Source of the DNA: Catajapyx aquilonaris
Taxonomy: Eukaryota
Direction of reading: 5' to 3'
DNA length: 64,000 bases
Assembly: GCA_000934665.2 (NCBI GenBank)
Contig: KZ538429.1
Coordinates: 1 to 64,000 of the forward strand
A model generated the notes under the pieces. The model was not told the origin of the DNA. It searched no databases and saw only the letters and a program-made list of their open reading frames with translations. Both the position numbers and the translations under genes were made by a program. Shown one piece after another: positions 1 through 12,170 of the stretch. How positions within the stretch are numbered: the stretch's first letter is position 1; every line of letters begins with the position of its first letter.

Positions 1-251
1 TATCGGGGAAGGGAAAGGGAAGAAGGCGAACCCCCTCCTCCGACATGGTTGCCACTTTCCCGGCCACCACGTGGCGGAGTTGCCACGTGGTGTCACACCA
101 CTTAGAAATGATCAGTGATACTAGCTTTTTCATACAAACTTACACAAGTCAAAATAAGCGTGGCTACTTCCGCAAAATTAAGTTTTTCACTACTCTATCC
201 GCTGCTGCATAATTCATAGGCAATGTAAGTGTATTCTAAAAACAATTTCAG

Positions 252-873
252 GGGTTTCATCATTCGAGCACCTTCTGGTCAAGCCAGTCCTCCGCATGAC
301 CGTGTGGGTGGTGACGTGCTTGACCCTGGTTGGCAATGCATCTGTCCTGCTAGGCCGGCTGGTAGCCAAATGGCGTAGCAACAAACTACGCCAAGGCAAG
401 AGCAGTAGCCCAGCTTTCGACGTTTTCATCTGCCACCTAGCCATGGCTGACCTCCTGATGGGCATCTACCTGATGGTCATTGGAGTCAAAGACTATCTTT
501 TTCGCGACCAGTACAACCGCCACGCTCATGTCTGGATGACCTCATGGGGCTGCACGATGCTAGGGGTCATGGCTATGACCTCCTCTGAAGTGTCTGTGCT
601 CATCCTGGTCTTCATGTCCTTGGATCGGTTCCTAGCCGTCGCAGGGGCCAACGGGTTCGGAGGTCACCAGGTAGGACGAAAGGCGGCCTACATCACGGTG
701 GCTTCCGTCTGGCTGATGGGACTGGCGCTGGCTCTAGTGCCTGTTATGCAATGGAGCCAGTCCAACAGGTTCTATGGCAGCAATGGTCTGTGTTTCCCCT
801 TACACATTGCTGACCCATACGTCATCGGCTGGCAGTATTCGGCATTGGTCTTCCTTGGGCTCAATGGGACAAG
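252..873 (+). CDS. LGR exon: hinge end plus TM1 to start of TM5
   Basis: Acceptor tttcag at 246-251; donor AG|gttagt at 874; lies in ORF 296..886, extended upstream to GVSSFEHLLVKPVLR. Confidence 0.9.
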
Positions 874-3800
874 GTTAGTCTTCTAACAAGGGGTTAACCA
901 CTCGACTGAAAAGTGTACACTGGAGTACCAAATTCAAGGAGTACCAACCGAAGGAAGTTGGTGTGGTGGTTAAGGAGCCCAACTGCTAATCAGGAGGTCC
1001 TGGGTTCGAATCCCGGGGCCGCCAACCCTGACCGTGGTTTTCTGTGGTTTTCCACGCCCCCCCCCCCCGGATAATTCCGGGGTTGTTTCCGCAAATAGGC
1101 CACAGCCGCCTCCTTCCTTCCATATCCTTGGCCCCATCTAATGGTGGTACTCTACCCCCTAATGGAGCGCCGATCCCCCCCCAATGGGGTATAAATATAT
1201 AAATACAATTAAAACTTAAATTAAATTCAAGTAGTACCAAGGGGTACCAAAGAGTAAGGTACCTGGGAGTACCACTGCAGGTGTACACCGGAGTACCTAA
1301 GTGGTTAACCCCTTGTCTTCTAAAAGGAAATCTTAAATAGTCCGACATTGTTTCTCTGCCATTACTAAATTTTAATATTATTTTCCTGCTGCTTTTTCAG
1401 CTTGGTGGTGATATTAGGTCTCTACATGTTCCTATTCATGAATGTTCGTGAGACCCGCGGGAAGTCTGCCAACCCCCAGTGCGAGATGGAACTGGCTGTC
1501 AGGATCTTCTTCATCGTCTTCACCGACTGTCTGTGCTGGCTACCAATCGCGATCCTCAAGGCCCTTGTCTTGGCTGGTATCACAATCCCACGTAATCAAC
1601 CATTTTTATTGGCCGATATTCACTCTATACTGTTCGTCACTGTGCTATTTTTCGGACAGGTCCAACCAACCCATGTGGCATCACTATTATCACACGATTA
1701 TCCTGGTATATACCAAATACAAAGAAACGTCGCTGACTTCACGGAGTGATGGTGGAAGGCGGTGCACTGAAATGTTTTCCTCTAAATGTTTATGTTGAGT
1801 CTCGGGCGGCAGCTCAAGTTAAAAACAGGTCTTCTATGCCTAGAGCTACATAATTATGCAGCCTACTTAGGTTGCTGAGAATAGTATCATGTTTAATTAA
1901 GCTGAGAAATTCTGTATATGGAATATTTTTAGTTGGCACGTTCATTGTGCGAATGCATAGAACTCGCAGTGTGAACAACAAAAGGACCTATTGAAAATGC
2001 ATCAATTGAAAGACAACAAAGGATTTCACTTCAGGTAGTCGATTCGTGGAAAGGGTGGTATTTACGTTTAGAGAATTATAATTTCGTTTTACAATTACGT
2101 GATTGGAAAGTGAGATAGACAAGTGAAAAATGTTGTTTATTGTTAACAGCATTTTTTCGCTGTTGGTCTCCTTTTTATCTTTGGTGAATAATCTGGATGC
2201 CAACGACAACATTTCTTTTAGAATTGCCTTGCATAACGGCTGACGTCAACAGAGAAAATCCCAGGATTTGAATCCGGAACCCTCAATTTAGACTTTCTAA
2301 ACGTGGGACGCAGTTTTCTTATGCTAAATCTACTTAAAAAGTTATATAGGCTACGAGAGTTGAATTTTGAATAGTGACAACCCTGTTCCCCTTACACACA
2401 CAGAAACGGGGTTGCGACTTCTGTGCAAGAAGGGAGATCCAGACAGACGTAGAGCTTGTTCGTGTCAAGTTTGGACCAGATTGTGGGGGCAGCATCCTCG
2501 TGCACGTGCACCGCCCTAAGGCATGGCATCGCTGTTAGAACAGCGCTCTTGGTGTCATATTGTGTCATTATGTTTGCTGTACCTGATGGCAGGACTGTCA
2601 ATGCCCAGTACTATCGCGACTTCTTGGAACACGATCTGAGAGCAGCGATATGAAGTACGCGATCGCACTACCTTAACCCTATCCAACCAGCCCTATCATG
2701 TTGCACGACAATGCGCTTTGCCATGTCGCAACTGCAGTGAGAGAATTATTGCTTCGTTGGTAATGAGAAATACTGGAGCACCCTCCCTACTCTCCAGACA
2801 TGAGAAGTCACGATAGTACTGGACATTGACAGTCCTGCATCACCCCCTCGATCTTCAACCAAGAGCGCTGTTCTAACTTCGATGCCATGGCTTAGGACGG
2901 TGCATGAGGATGCGGCCCCTTTGAACTACCCTGTCACCGTCACCGGTAGCGCAATCATGTCCTTTGACATGAACAAGCTCCACGTCTGTCTGGATCTCCC
3001 TTCTTGCGCAGAAGCCACAACCCCGTTTCAGTGCGTAAGGGGTACAGGGTTGTCACTATTTAAAATCCAACCCTCGTATATATTTCTTTCTAACATAAAG
3101 CACTCCGAGTAGGAAATAACCTACTTCCTTTATATTAGCAACATGCTACTTTGACCTATAAAGCTAATTGTCGAGCCAAACGCAGTCTCTCTATTTCATA
3201 TCACACTTTGAAAATATTGTCCAAAAAAGAACAATCTTATTGTTGGTTACTTTCATTGCAATGTTTTGAAGCCAGTTCAAATATCTTTTTCGCGTATTTA
3301 GCCCGTTCTGCTCTCCGGGCCTTTCTGACACTTCTTAAAATACACACAGAAATACATTTAAACCTGATTTCGAATAAGAGCCCCATGATTGGAAGCTTTT
3401 AGGACGCAGCTAACAAAATAAGCGCGTTGCCTACCGAGCTCTCCGTCAATGAAGCCCAGAACGCTGTTCCTCTTGCAAGGGAACATCGCGACGTGATAAT
3501 AACATCATATTTGGCCAAAAATCTCTCAGTGGGTAAATCGCATGCGTACTTTTTGCTTCGCAGCCATTTTAGAGACGAGTGACGACATATCCGGACCACT
3601 CAAGAGCACACCCTCACAATCGCACAATCGCACAAACCGCATAAAATAACAGAAAACGGGTTTCGGATTCGGATTTAGAACGACCAAAATAGGTTTCCTG
3701 GTCAACTTCCAGTGTTTCCGATTTAGGGCCGGTTTCACCGAGCTCAGTATATGATAAAACCAGGTTTCTTTAGGAAAATCCATACAAATAGATAGGCATT

Positions 3801-6761
3801 TTGAGAAATACCCTGGTTTTATCATATACTGAGCTCGGTGAAACCGGCCCTTACTCGATCCACGTACGCAAGGAGAAATCCACCTATAATAGCTACACTG
3901 AAGCGCCTGGAAGTTATTTAGCCGGTTGAAAAGGAGAGAAACTTGGGTTGCATAATGGCTTAGGATGAGGTGACCTCAAAATGGCTGGGAACTGCAGCTG
4001 TTGGCGGTATCCACCAGTGAGGACAGGATTATCAGGGGTCAAAGAGTACCATGTTGTGTCGATTCATCCAAATCCTGCATAAAGAAAACATCTTCGAAGT
4101 TCGCCCAAATACCTGTAGTAAACTCACACTATTTCAGCCCCTGTATCTGAATTGATTGTCGCTGTTTTGAAATTTTAGCTTTCATTTTTCTCACATTATT
4201 ATGAACCGTTTCCCCCCACGAGTCACGTGATGCCTGATTTTATTTGGAAATATTATACAAGTCATTTGGCACCTTTGGTTGGTTGGTTGGAAGGGATTAC
4301 CCCAGTAGGCAAGCCGGTAGGTATTATGGGGTAGGTATATGGCTATCGGGTGACGGAGCCTTGTTAAACCCGAGGGTAAAGAGTGGGAAGGTATGGGATT
4401 GCAAGGTAAGGGGTGGGCTGGTTGGAAGGGTGGGGGAGAGGAGGGCTGGCCCCGGCTGTACTCCAATGCCGGCGGTCAGCCCCGAGACGGGCGGGGGTGG
4501 GATATATATTGCCACAAGCAGCCAGACATTTTGGCAAACGGTACAAATGGCAAAGCTCCCCATCCTTGTTCAGGCGGAAATAGTGCGGCAGATTCCAACA
4601 GTTTGACCAGTGCATGATGTCTTACAAGTTAGAGTCAATGATTCCAGCATGGTTACTGGGTATAATCCTCTCCGACTTCAGGTTCAAGCGGGTTCAAGTT
4701 ATGCACCAAATGAAGTGCAAACAGGGCATGATATGTTATTCTGATAAACGTGGACAGGGAACGATTTTACCATCATAGAGATACGTTTGAAGCAAACGGT
4801 TACGGCTTGATGGTATCAAAATTTTCAGCACTGCCTATACTCAATATCTACAGGACTACTAGACACAATCTACATGCTTATCATATGTCTAGTCATATTC
4901 AAGAAAGAAGAGAATCAAGGCTGGTACACTGCCACTTCTTATACCCAAGCAAACTTTGCAAACTCATTTTTACATGTAGGCTATAACTATAACTCAGCTT
5001 CTGAAGTTCACGTGGGCAAGGAAGTAGCTGTGGGAAAAGACTATTATGTATGGTATATTGATATTGTACTCTACACGTATGTCTGGCTCTGAACACCTTT
5101 CTCAAGAACTTACACAACTTTAAGCTGTTCAAAATCAGTTTTCATGAGAATAAGCATGATTGTCTACTTCTTGATTGCAATTCAGAAGGAAGAGGGTATA
5201 AAATGAAGCTATATCAGGGGAGGTGTGGTGGCCGAGATGGTAACGTCAGGGCTTGCTGAGGGGAAGGTCCCAGGTTCGATCCCCGCCTGGGAGTTCCCTT
5301 CCACCTGCGTCGGGAGGGTCTCTGACCTGCACCTTGGAAGTGTCTGGCAACCTAACCTCCAGGGAGACTGCACATGGCCCAAAGGTTGAAGACAGCACCT
5401 GCACAAGTGTCCCCTCCCCAACAATCCCTATCATTTCCCAATGTCCCTGTTTCCTTGCACCAGAGAAAGAAGCTGAAAAATATATAGAAAATTGATGGTG
5501 GTGTGCCACCCCCTATAGATCCTGTAAAGGACATCACGGGGTAAACAAAATAATAAATAAATAGATAAATAAATAAAGCTATATTCATCCACATCTTTGA
5601 ATCTAATAGTGCCAGATTCGTTTAGGGTTTCCTGCACTGAAGATTGATTTAGCTACAATTTGAAGCATTGCAAGTCCACTGCCTGCAAAAGAAGGCGATG
5701 AATCACTAACTGAAATAAATTAATGTATCCCATACAGCTGACCTGCATGCCTGGGTAGTGGTATTCATCCTTCCAGTCAACTCTGCAGTGAACCCATTTC
5801 TCTACACATTCACAACTGCATCATCCAGGACGCAATTGGCTAAGTTCTGCCAAAGCATGTGCCCTGGAGGATGGACCTTCAGGAGAGAATCATGCCCAGG
5901 TCAGTTCCACATTAGCTGGGGGAATATTGGATGATGTTAATGGGGCTGGTTTTGTTTCATTAACTAGTGTTTTGATAGGGATTCACAGTACCAGTAATTA
6001 AAATAATCACACTTTGCCTCTTGCTGTTATTTGTGATAATTATTATCTGTCTATCCTTTAGACGTTTAGAGTGCTGTGAATCAGTCTTATGAAATGGGGA
6101 AGGCATTTGGGATAGTGCACTGTCATTTACAACACCAGGAGTGAGGGCAGTATAATTATGTGGCTGTAAAAGAGAGTGACTGGGGCTTATAATAATGTTT
6201 TAATTTGCCAACTCATGCAAACATAGTTGGCAACTCAAGATTCGAGCACCACATACATTATACAGGGTGTTTCTCTGCCCAAGTTGATGATTCAAAGGGA
6301 GGGAAGGTAAATGTTGATGGATTAATAATTCGTAGGCGACATTTGAACTCCAGTCCAAACTAGGCAAAAGGTATGGGTTGGCATGCTGCTGATTTTGTTT
6401 ACATTGCCAGGAGTGAATAATTAATCACCTCTTCCGTGTATACCCTCTTTTTGCATTGTCGTTTTGGGCACAAGAACCCCCTGCATAAATTCCTATATTA
6501 ATCAGCATTGCAACCAATTCAGAAACTGAGATGGGACGAGACGGAACTGGCAGTGTTCCTAAAGGTCACCACACAACTCAACAAAGGCGAAGCCAGGACA
6601 CTAGCTCAGTGTTGTCAGCCACTGGAACCAGCATGGCTCTTGCTGGAGGTATGCCGGAAAATGAGAACCTGCTGCCACCAGACAAGAGTGTGTTGCCAAT
6701 GGCAATACTCTGCCCCAAACATCAGGCAGCACCTTTGGTTGAGGTGGAAAATGTCCTTTAG
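252..6761 (+). CDS. Lgr4: Relaxin-family peptide receptor-like leucine-rich-repeat GPCR (type C LGR, Lgr4/RXFP-like), 3' part; join(252..873,1401..1591,5738..5899,6523..6761), 5' exons outside window
   Basis: Spliced translation GVSSFEHLL..VWVV..LVGN / HLAMADLLMGIYL / SSEVSVLILVFMSLDRF / YGSNGLCFPLH..GWQYSALVFLGLN / FFIVFTDCLCWLP / AWVVVFILPVNSAVNPFLYTFTT matches the RXFP/LGR 7TM. All introns are GT..AG with compatible phases. Lgr4 versus Lgr3 is assigned from recalled motifs and needs a phylogeny. Confidence 0.85.
887..1315. mobile_element. MITE with 8-bp TSD (P/hAT type) in an LGR intron, carrying a nested SINE
   Basis: 16-bp perfect TIR caaggggttaaccact / agtggttaaccccttg; TSD tcttctaa at 879-886 and 1316-1323. 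Confidence 0.85.
948..1222 (+). mobile_element. tRNA-derived SINE nested in the MITE
   Basis: A-box-like tggtgtggtgg (959-969), B box ggttcgaatcc (1003-1013), AT-rich tail, 18-bp flanking direct repeat aaattcaag(g/t)agtaccaa at 930-947 and 1223-1240. Confidence 0.8.
1401..1591 (+). CDS. LGR exon: TM5-TM6
   Basis: Pyrimidine tract with cag ending at 1400; LVVILGLYMF..FFIVFTDCLCWLPIAILK; donor C|gtaatc at 1592. Confidence 0.9.
2354..3076. mobile_element. Non-autonomous mariner derivative with long inverted repeats and a decayed transposase fragment
   Basis: TA-flanked ends cgagagttgaatttt.. / ..aaaatccaaccctcg; arms inverted over about 270 bp; internal + strand remnant TVNAQYY..LHDNA..HPPYSPDM with stops and a frameshift (about 2575-2802). 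Confidence 0.9.
3726..3850. mobile_element. PIF/Harbinger (Tourist-like) MITE
   Basis: Perfect TIR of about 39 bp, gggccggtttcaccgagctcagtatatgataaaaccagg; TTA TSD on both sides. Confidence 0.85.
5217..5576 (+). mobile_element. tRNA-derived SINE
   Basis: A box tggccgagatgg (5229-5240), B box ggttcgatcc (5273-5282), (TAAA)n tail, flanking repeat aagctatat. Confidence 0.8.
5738..5899 (+). CDS. LGR exon: TM7 (NPxxY) and helix 8; not in the ORF track
   Basis: Acceptor catacag ending at 5737; translates PDLHAWVVVFILPVNSAVNPFLYTFTTASSRTQLAKFCQ..; donor G|gtcagt at 5900. Confidence 0.9.
6523..6761 (+). CDS. LGR probable last exon, Ser/Thr-rich cytoplasmic tail
   Basis: Acceptor ttcag ending at 6522 gives a phase-1 join into ETEMGRDG..RRSQDTSSVLSATGTS..ENVL*. 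An alternative acceptor ending at 6505 would use a different frame. Confidence 0.6.
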
Positions 6762-7088
6762 TGTCGCTTCAGTCTGGGAAATTATCTACTTATCTCGGTA
6801 GGCCAATTCATGTCATCAAGCTGCAATGTCACTTCCACTGTGTCACATTTTTTTTCCAGTCATGCCAAAATCATGTACCTGTAATACATTGTGTTCAAGT
6901 GATAATTTTATTCAGGTTAGTATCTATGTGAGTAGACGAGAGTCACATTTTATTTTTTTAAAGAGTATAATTATTATTTTAATATCAACTTTGTTCTCTA
7001 AACCAAAAGTCAGCTATGCTGAATCTTACATGACTCTGTTCTGCTCAATGTTGTTCACTGTAATGTAATACCTCTGTACTTTTCTGCT

Positions 7089-7094
7089 ATTAAA
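7089..7094 (+). terminator. Candidate poly(A) signal (ATTAAA) of the LGR gene
   Basis: ATTAAA about 330 nt after the LGR stop, in AT-rich UTR-like sequence. Confidence 0.35.
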
Positions 7095-7362
7095 AGAGCT
7101 CACGTGAAGTGTGTCATCGTCAGAAAATTGACTGCCAAATAGCATCAGTTAATTACTGCACCATTACAAATCACATGCCTTTCAGGAGGCAAGAAGTTTA
7201 ATTAGCTTAATAGCAATCTACTTCACTAATTGAGTTGGTGATGAAAGCAGCATACTAAGTGGTTCTTAAGACAGTGTAATCAAACCTAATTTCATTTCAC
7301 TACATCCTTGGCATTTTGGTGGGTAGGAAACCACAATGATCTCAATGCCTGTATAACACAAC

Positions 7363-7368
7363 TTTATT
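7363..7368 (-). terminator. Candidate poly(A) signal (AATAAA) of the smallish/LMO7 gene
   Basis: tttatt on + at 7363-7368, about 1.26 kb after the stop at 8624, in a U-rich TGTA-containing context on -. Confidence 0.45.
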
Positions 7369-8198
7369 GGTTTGTCATAATTTTACAAACTGTACAAGAT
7401 ATTCAACATACCTTTCCAAAAAAAGAAAAAAAAACTGAAGTAGCTTAAATTCCTCATCATTTTGTTGTGGACCATGTTTAGTTGATCTCTGACTTTGAAG
7501 TAGTTAGTGCACAATATGTTACTTTGAGACTACAAGAGTGATACATCTAGCTAATTGGTGGGAAGTTCACTTGCACATTCACCCTAATAAAGCTTGTCCA
7601 AGAAAATTCCTTCCTTCACCCTTCAAAATTACATACATTTTTTTTTTTACTTTCCATCCGACAAGACTAACTTTGAGATCCTAATCTGTACAAAATGCAC
7701 ATAACGCTTACACTTTCTCAAAACCACCCACAATAATTACTGTATTGTCGATTAGGGCACCGTCACACTTGAGACTTGCGGGATTCATTAATATCCCAGT
7801 GAAAGAGATGAGTCACATTCATGTCTCTGACCTCATTTCCAGCAACAACTACAACTCTATCACAAGTAACGTAAAAGTTTTTTTATAGACTGAAGTTATA
7901 CTTTACTGTGACCAAACATCTCACATGCACATGCAGATATCATTATATCACCTGCTACCTGAACTTTTGATTCTAGGAAGACTAAATTTATTTATTTTTA
8001 TCCTGCCTGGCCATGATATTGGCATCTGTTCCTTGCAAAATAAGAAAGTTTCAAATTATATATTTTTTTAACATTCGTCAATCTCTTTCCTTACCCCATA
8101 GTGACCTGATAAATGATAAAACTTAACTGTACATATTTAACACTGTACACAAATAGTTCACCTTTTTCATAACTCATTAGAAATCACTGAACTGGTAC

Positions 8199-8518
8199 CA
8201 GTGGCGCAGATATCTTACGTGAGAGGTTGGGTGATAGGCCCTGAAGGCTCCTTCCTTCCACAACCTGAGGCCATCATTTGGGTGAGGGAGTCAGATCTTT
8301 GAGTATATTGCTCTTAAATCATCTCTTCCACATTTGGTAAGGGGGAAACAGAACTAATGAAGAAAAATGCTGTTGGTCCCAGGATTGAATACCTGACCTA
8401 ATGTCTTTATCTTTTTGTTTTTCCGTTCCCTCCTTTCCTTCCTAATGGGGCCCCAAGAGGATTTAGGGAGTGATTAGTAGGGCAGTCACCCCTCTTGGCG
8501 TATAGATCGGTGCCACTT
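8199..8518. mobile_element. hAT-type MITE in the smash/LMO7 3' UTR
   Basis: Imperfect TIR cagtggcgcaga / tcggtgccactt; perfect 8-bp TSD actggtac at 8191-8198 and 8519-8526. Confidence 0.75.
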
Positions 8519-8623
8519 ACTGGTACTAAATAAAACTTGAAAGGTAATGTGTACAAAATGGTAAGGCATTAAAAAAAAGCGTCACTCTCCTCTTCACTTG
8601 TTGCATTGTTGCTGGGCTGCAAG

Positions 8624-8646
8624 TCACACTCGACTGAACTTGAGTC
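8624..8646 (-). CDS. smash/LMO7 last coding exon: (G)LKFSRV* PDZ-binding motif
   Basis: Acceptor atttttccag then GA CTC AAG TTC AGT CGA GTG TGA; phase 1 matches the LIM exon donor. Confidence 0.85.
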
Positions 8647-11600
8647 CTGGAAAAATTTATTTTTCCATTAACAATTTGCTCATGGTGTAAGAGTAATGAA
8701 TACCAGCTCTTCAAACTAACTGAACTATTTCCTTGTCTTCTACTAGATTTGCTATCCCCATAAAATGTATTGAAATTATAAGAAACGGAAACCTCCTACA
8801 AAATACAGGCAGTCCCGAGGGCAGTCCTCATTACATGCCTGGGAACTACACAGTGTGGTGCACTGCTCCAGTCTCCAGTTCAAGAGGGTGTGTAAAAATT
8901 ATTGATTAGTTACACCAGTAGCAGCCACTTTCAAGAGAAACAACAATCCTGTCAATCAAATGTGGCCTTATTATTGCTTCCAACAGGGTATGTGGCTCTA
9001 AATTGGTTGCTGGGGTAAACAAAGCAGTACATTTCATCTGCCTCCTTCTTGGACCAGGTACTGTGCTGGAAATTAATGATATCCCCAAGTATCGACGACC
9101 TAGCGGAGCTTTCCCCAAGCACGCTTCCCCTTACTTCATGCAGTACCCCTGCCTGCACCACGCCAGTTCAAATGGCCAAAAGGCCAGGTAGACAGAGCTG
9201 CTGCCGGATGAGTGAAAACATTGCGGTCATTGATATGAACGATAAATGGCTTGAAAGGTCACCAAGCGGGCAGAGATTGGAACATGAGGGAGGAGAGCTT
9301 GTGTATATGTGCAATCAAAATATGGGGCAGGTGGTAGTGAAATGGGGTAAGATGACACGTCTAGAGCGTGAGACGTCATAAATCACTGGCAGTGATTCAG
9401 AACAATGACATTAAATATGGACCACTTGGGACCATTATATTAAATTGAATAGTCAGATCCCTCACCGGACTCCTTACATGTCATTTGGTAACTTCGTCCT
9501 CAGTGAAGAAGTGGCATGATGAATAAAGTGATGTTTCAAGCAGTTTTAAATAATCACCTAAACCTCCTTATAATGAGGTATTAACTGTATTAATAATTGG
9601 CAGACCCAACATCCATGTCACTTGTTCAAATCAATGACAGCAATGATTTTTACTCTTCCAGCAGCAGCTCTCTCTACCTGCTCTTTTCCCATTTGAAATG
9701 GCGCTTGGTGCTGGCAGGGGTACTGCATGAAGCAACGGGGAAGTTCCACCGGGAACCGCCAGGTCGACAATTGTGGATATCCAATTATTCATTAATTTCC
9801 AGCACTGTACTGCCATACTGGGGATTTGGACAGTGCACCACCTTGTATGTTGGCAAACTGTAGTAATTTAAAAATTCTCAGTGTATTTCCTCTTTTATTT
9901 TAGAACTTTTTGCATTGACAGCTTAAGATATAGTGCAGACACAATCCAGGATGCTATAAATTCATCACCGACACTGATGAGAGTAACTGTTGTTAGTTTG
10001 TTGCTGCTTAGTGTGGGAGTTTCTTGCACTGCTCCAATATTGTTAAGGCTATGGGAGGGGGGAGNNNNNNNNNNNNNNNNNNNNNNNNNNNNNNNNNNNN
10101 NNNNNNNNNNNNNNNNNNNNNNNNNNNNNNNNNNNNNNNNNNNNNNNNNNNNNNNNNNNNNNNNNNNGGGGGGGGGAGAGACGCACGCATGGGAGAAACA
10201 CTATTCTGTATTAGCTCATTTTCAAAGTGCACATATAGTGTTTTGGACTTAACAAAAATCCCGAAATGCGAATTTCATGCTGAGATTGGTTCAGAAAATG
10301 CTCATAAGACGTTGTGGCTGCTTCTGGTTTTCTACTCCGCGATGTAGGCTAGTAATAACCTTATTGTGGTTTGGCAAATTGGTGAAAGGAAGGGCAGAAA
10401 TGATTTTTTGAGCTCTTGAACGGCCCCTGGGTGGAAAGATATGACGGTTAGGGGGTGATAGATGGAGACTTTTGAGTTGGTGCTCCCCCGCTCGATGAGC
10501 GTTTCCGATCAGTATAGCGTCTGGGATGGTTCCAAAGACTATGTTGGTTACATGATGGTGTGAGTTTTTTATGAAACAAGGCCGCACTGGTTAGAATGAA
10601 ATCTGAGGTGATTACTGAGGTGATACGCTCGGCGCTGCCACCTGCCGNNNNNNNNNNNNNCCCCCCCCCCCCGTTCCGCCGGGCCTGATGCCAAGAAGCA
10701 ATTGGAAAGGAGATGAAGGAAAACCTACTTCCACAGCAACTTGACAGTAACTGACTCAAAAAAGCTAAATGATGCACACATGGCATAACATACATGGATG
10801 GATGTAATAATAGTCTCTTGAAAATTATCTGCTGCGGGCAGCATGATTGGAGAGCGCCCCTCATGCCGGAAATTTTCAAGGTACTGCTATTATGCCTAGG
10901 CAGCTGTAGGCAGCATTGCGAAGATGGGGCACCCACAAATTTAAGTCATTTCCTTCTCATTCTTCTTTTAATGAATTTGTTCACGATGCATGATTAGAAA
11001 GCTAAAATTAAATATACCAACATCATAAAAAGCTGACACAAATGTCTCAAGAACATTCAAGTGTAATATGTCAGTACTTCGAATTTGATGCGCCACACAC
11101 TAATTATTTAAACCTAACCCTAACAAATAATTAGGACTACCCCTAATGGCTATCCTGCTCACATATAGCTCAACTACAGATTCATCTTCATGACTTCAAC
11201 ACAAATTGGTAATTAACAACACTCTTTCCTGGATCAAATGCTGAAAATTAGATAGTAAACTATGACACATTTTTCCAGCTTTTATATGATCATGTAAATT
11301 ATTTCCTTATCCTCACCTTCTTCGTTGGAGTAGCAATTGTGGCAGTGTAGCTTGTTGTTATGCACACGCACATCAGTTCCCACCAACCCATTCCCCAGCT
11401 GCACGTGGCACACACAGCACTTGAAGCAGTCGATGTGGTAGAAAAGTCGCAGGCTCTCAATGATCATGGCGGCACCCCTTCCTAATTCCTTGGCGCAATG
11501 GGAGCACTTTTTGCGCCCACTCACACTCAACATTTTTTCCTGATCAGCTGCCACTGGGGCTGCTACGCTGGTCCCATTTTGGGGACTGAGAAGCTCCTGA

Positions 11601-12126
11601 GATGGGTATCCTTTCAGGTTAGCTTTCTGCACACGCTGAGTTAGTGTGTTGATCACTGAGTCAGGGAGGGATTTTCCATGGGATGGTGAAGATGACTGAG
11701 ATGATTGTGGTGAATTCCATTTCTGTGGCAATCTTTGCTGCATTTCAGGGCACTTCTGAGGCCCCCTCTGCTGCATCTCAGGGCATTTCTGTGGCAACCT
11801 TTGCTGTATATCAGGACATTTTTGTGGTGACATCCTTTGCTGCATTTCTGTGATTCGTCTGTGCTCTGCTTCCTGTATCAAAATATAAGAAATGTATTTT
11901 CTGGCTTATTTCTCATAACGTGCATAAGTTCAAGAATGAGTTTAAGCTGGATTCATCAGCACACTCTGGCGATGGTCATTTCATTCAAAAGAGCCTATAA
12001 TTCAATGAGACAGACAGAAACAGACAGGGACAACCCATCTCTGTGCAAGATGAAATGGGATTGAACCCAGGACCCTTTCCATCCATGGGTGCAAATGTTA
12101 TCACAGCGCACCTCCACCTCTCTACC

Positions 12127-12170
<44 letters not shown>

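Noticed and set aside
3100..3700. Possible decayed transposon ORF on the minus strand
   Set aside because: No identifiable catalytic motif or termini
6508..6801. Alternative ORF for the LGR C-tail
   Set aside because: Phase-compatible, but Cys/Trp-rich and unlike a GPCR tail; the Ser/Thr-rich frame from 6523 is preferred, though this one is not excluded
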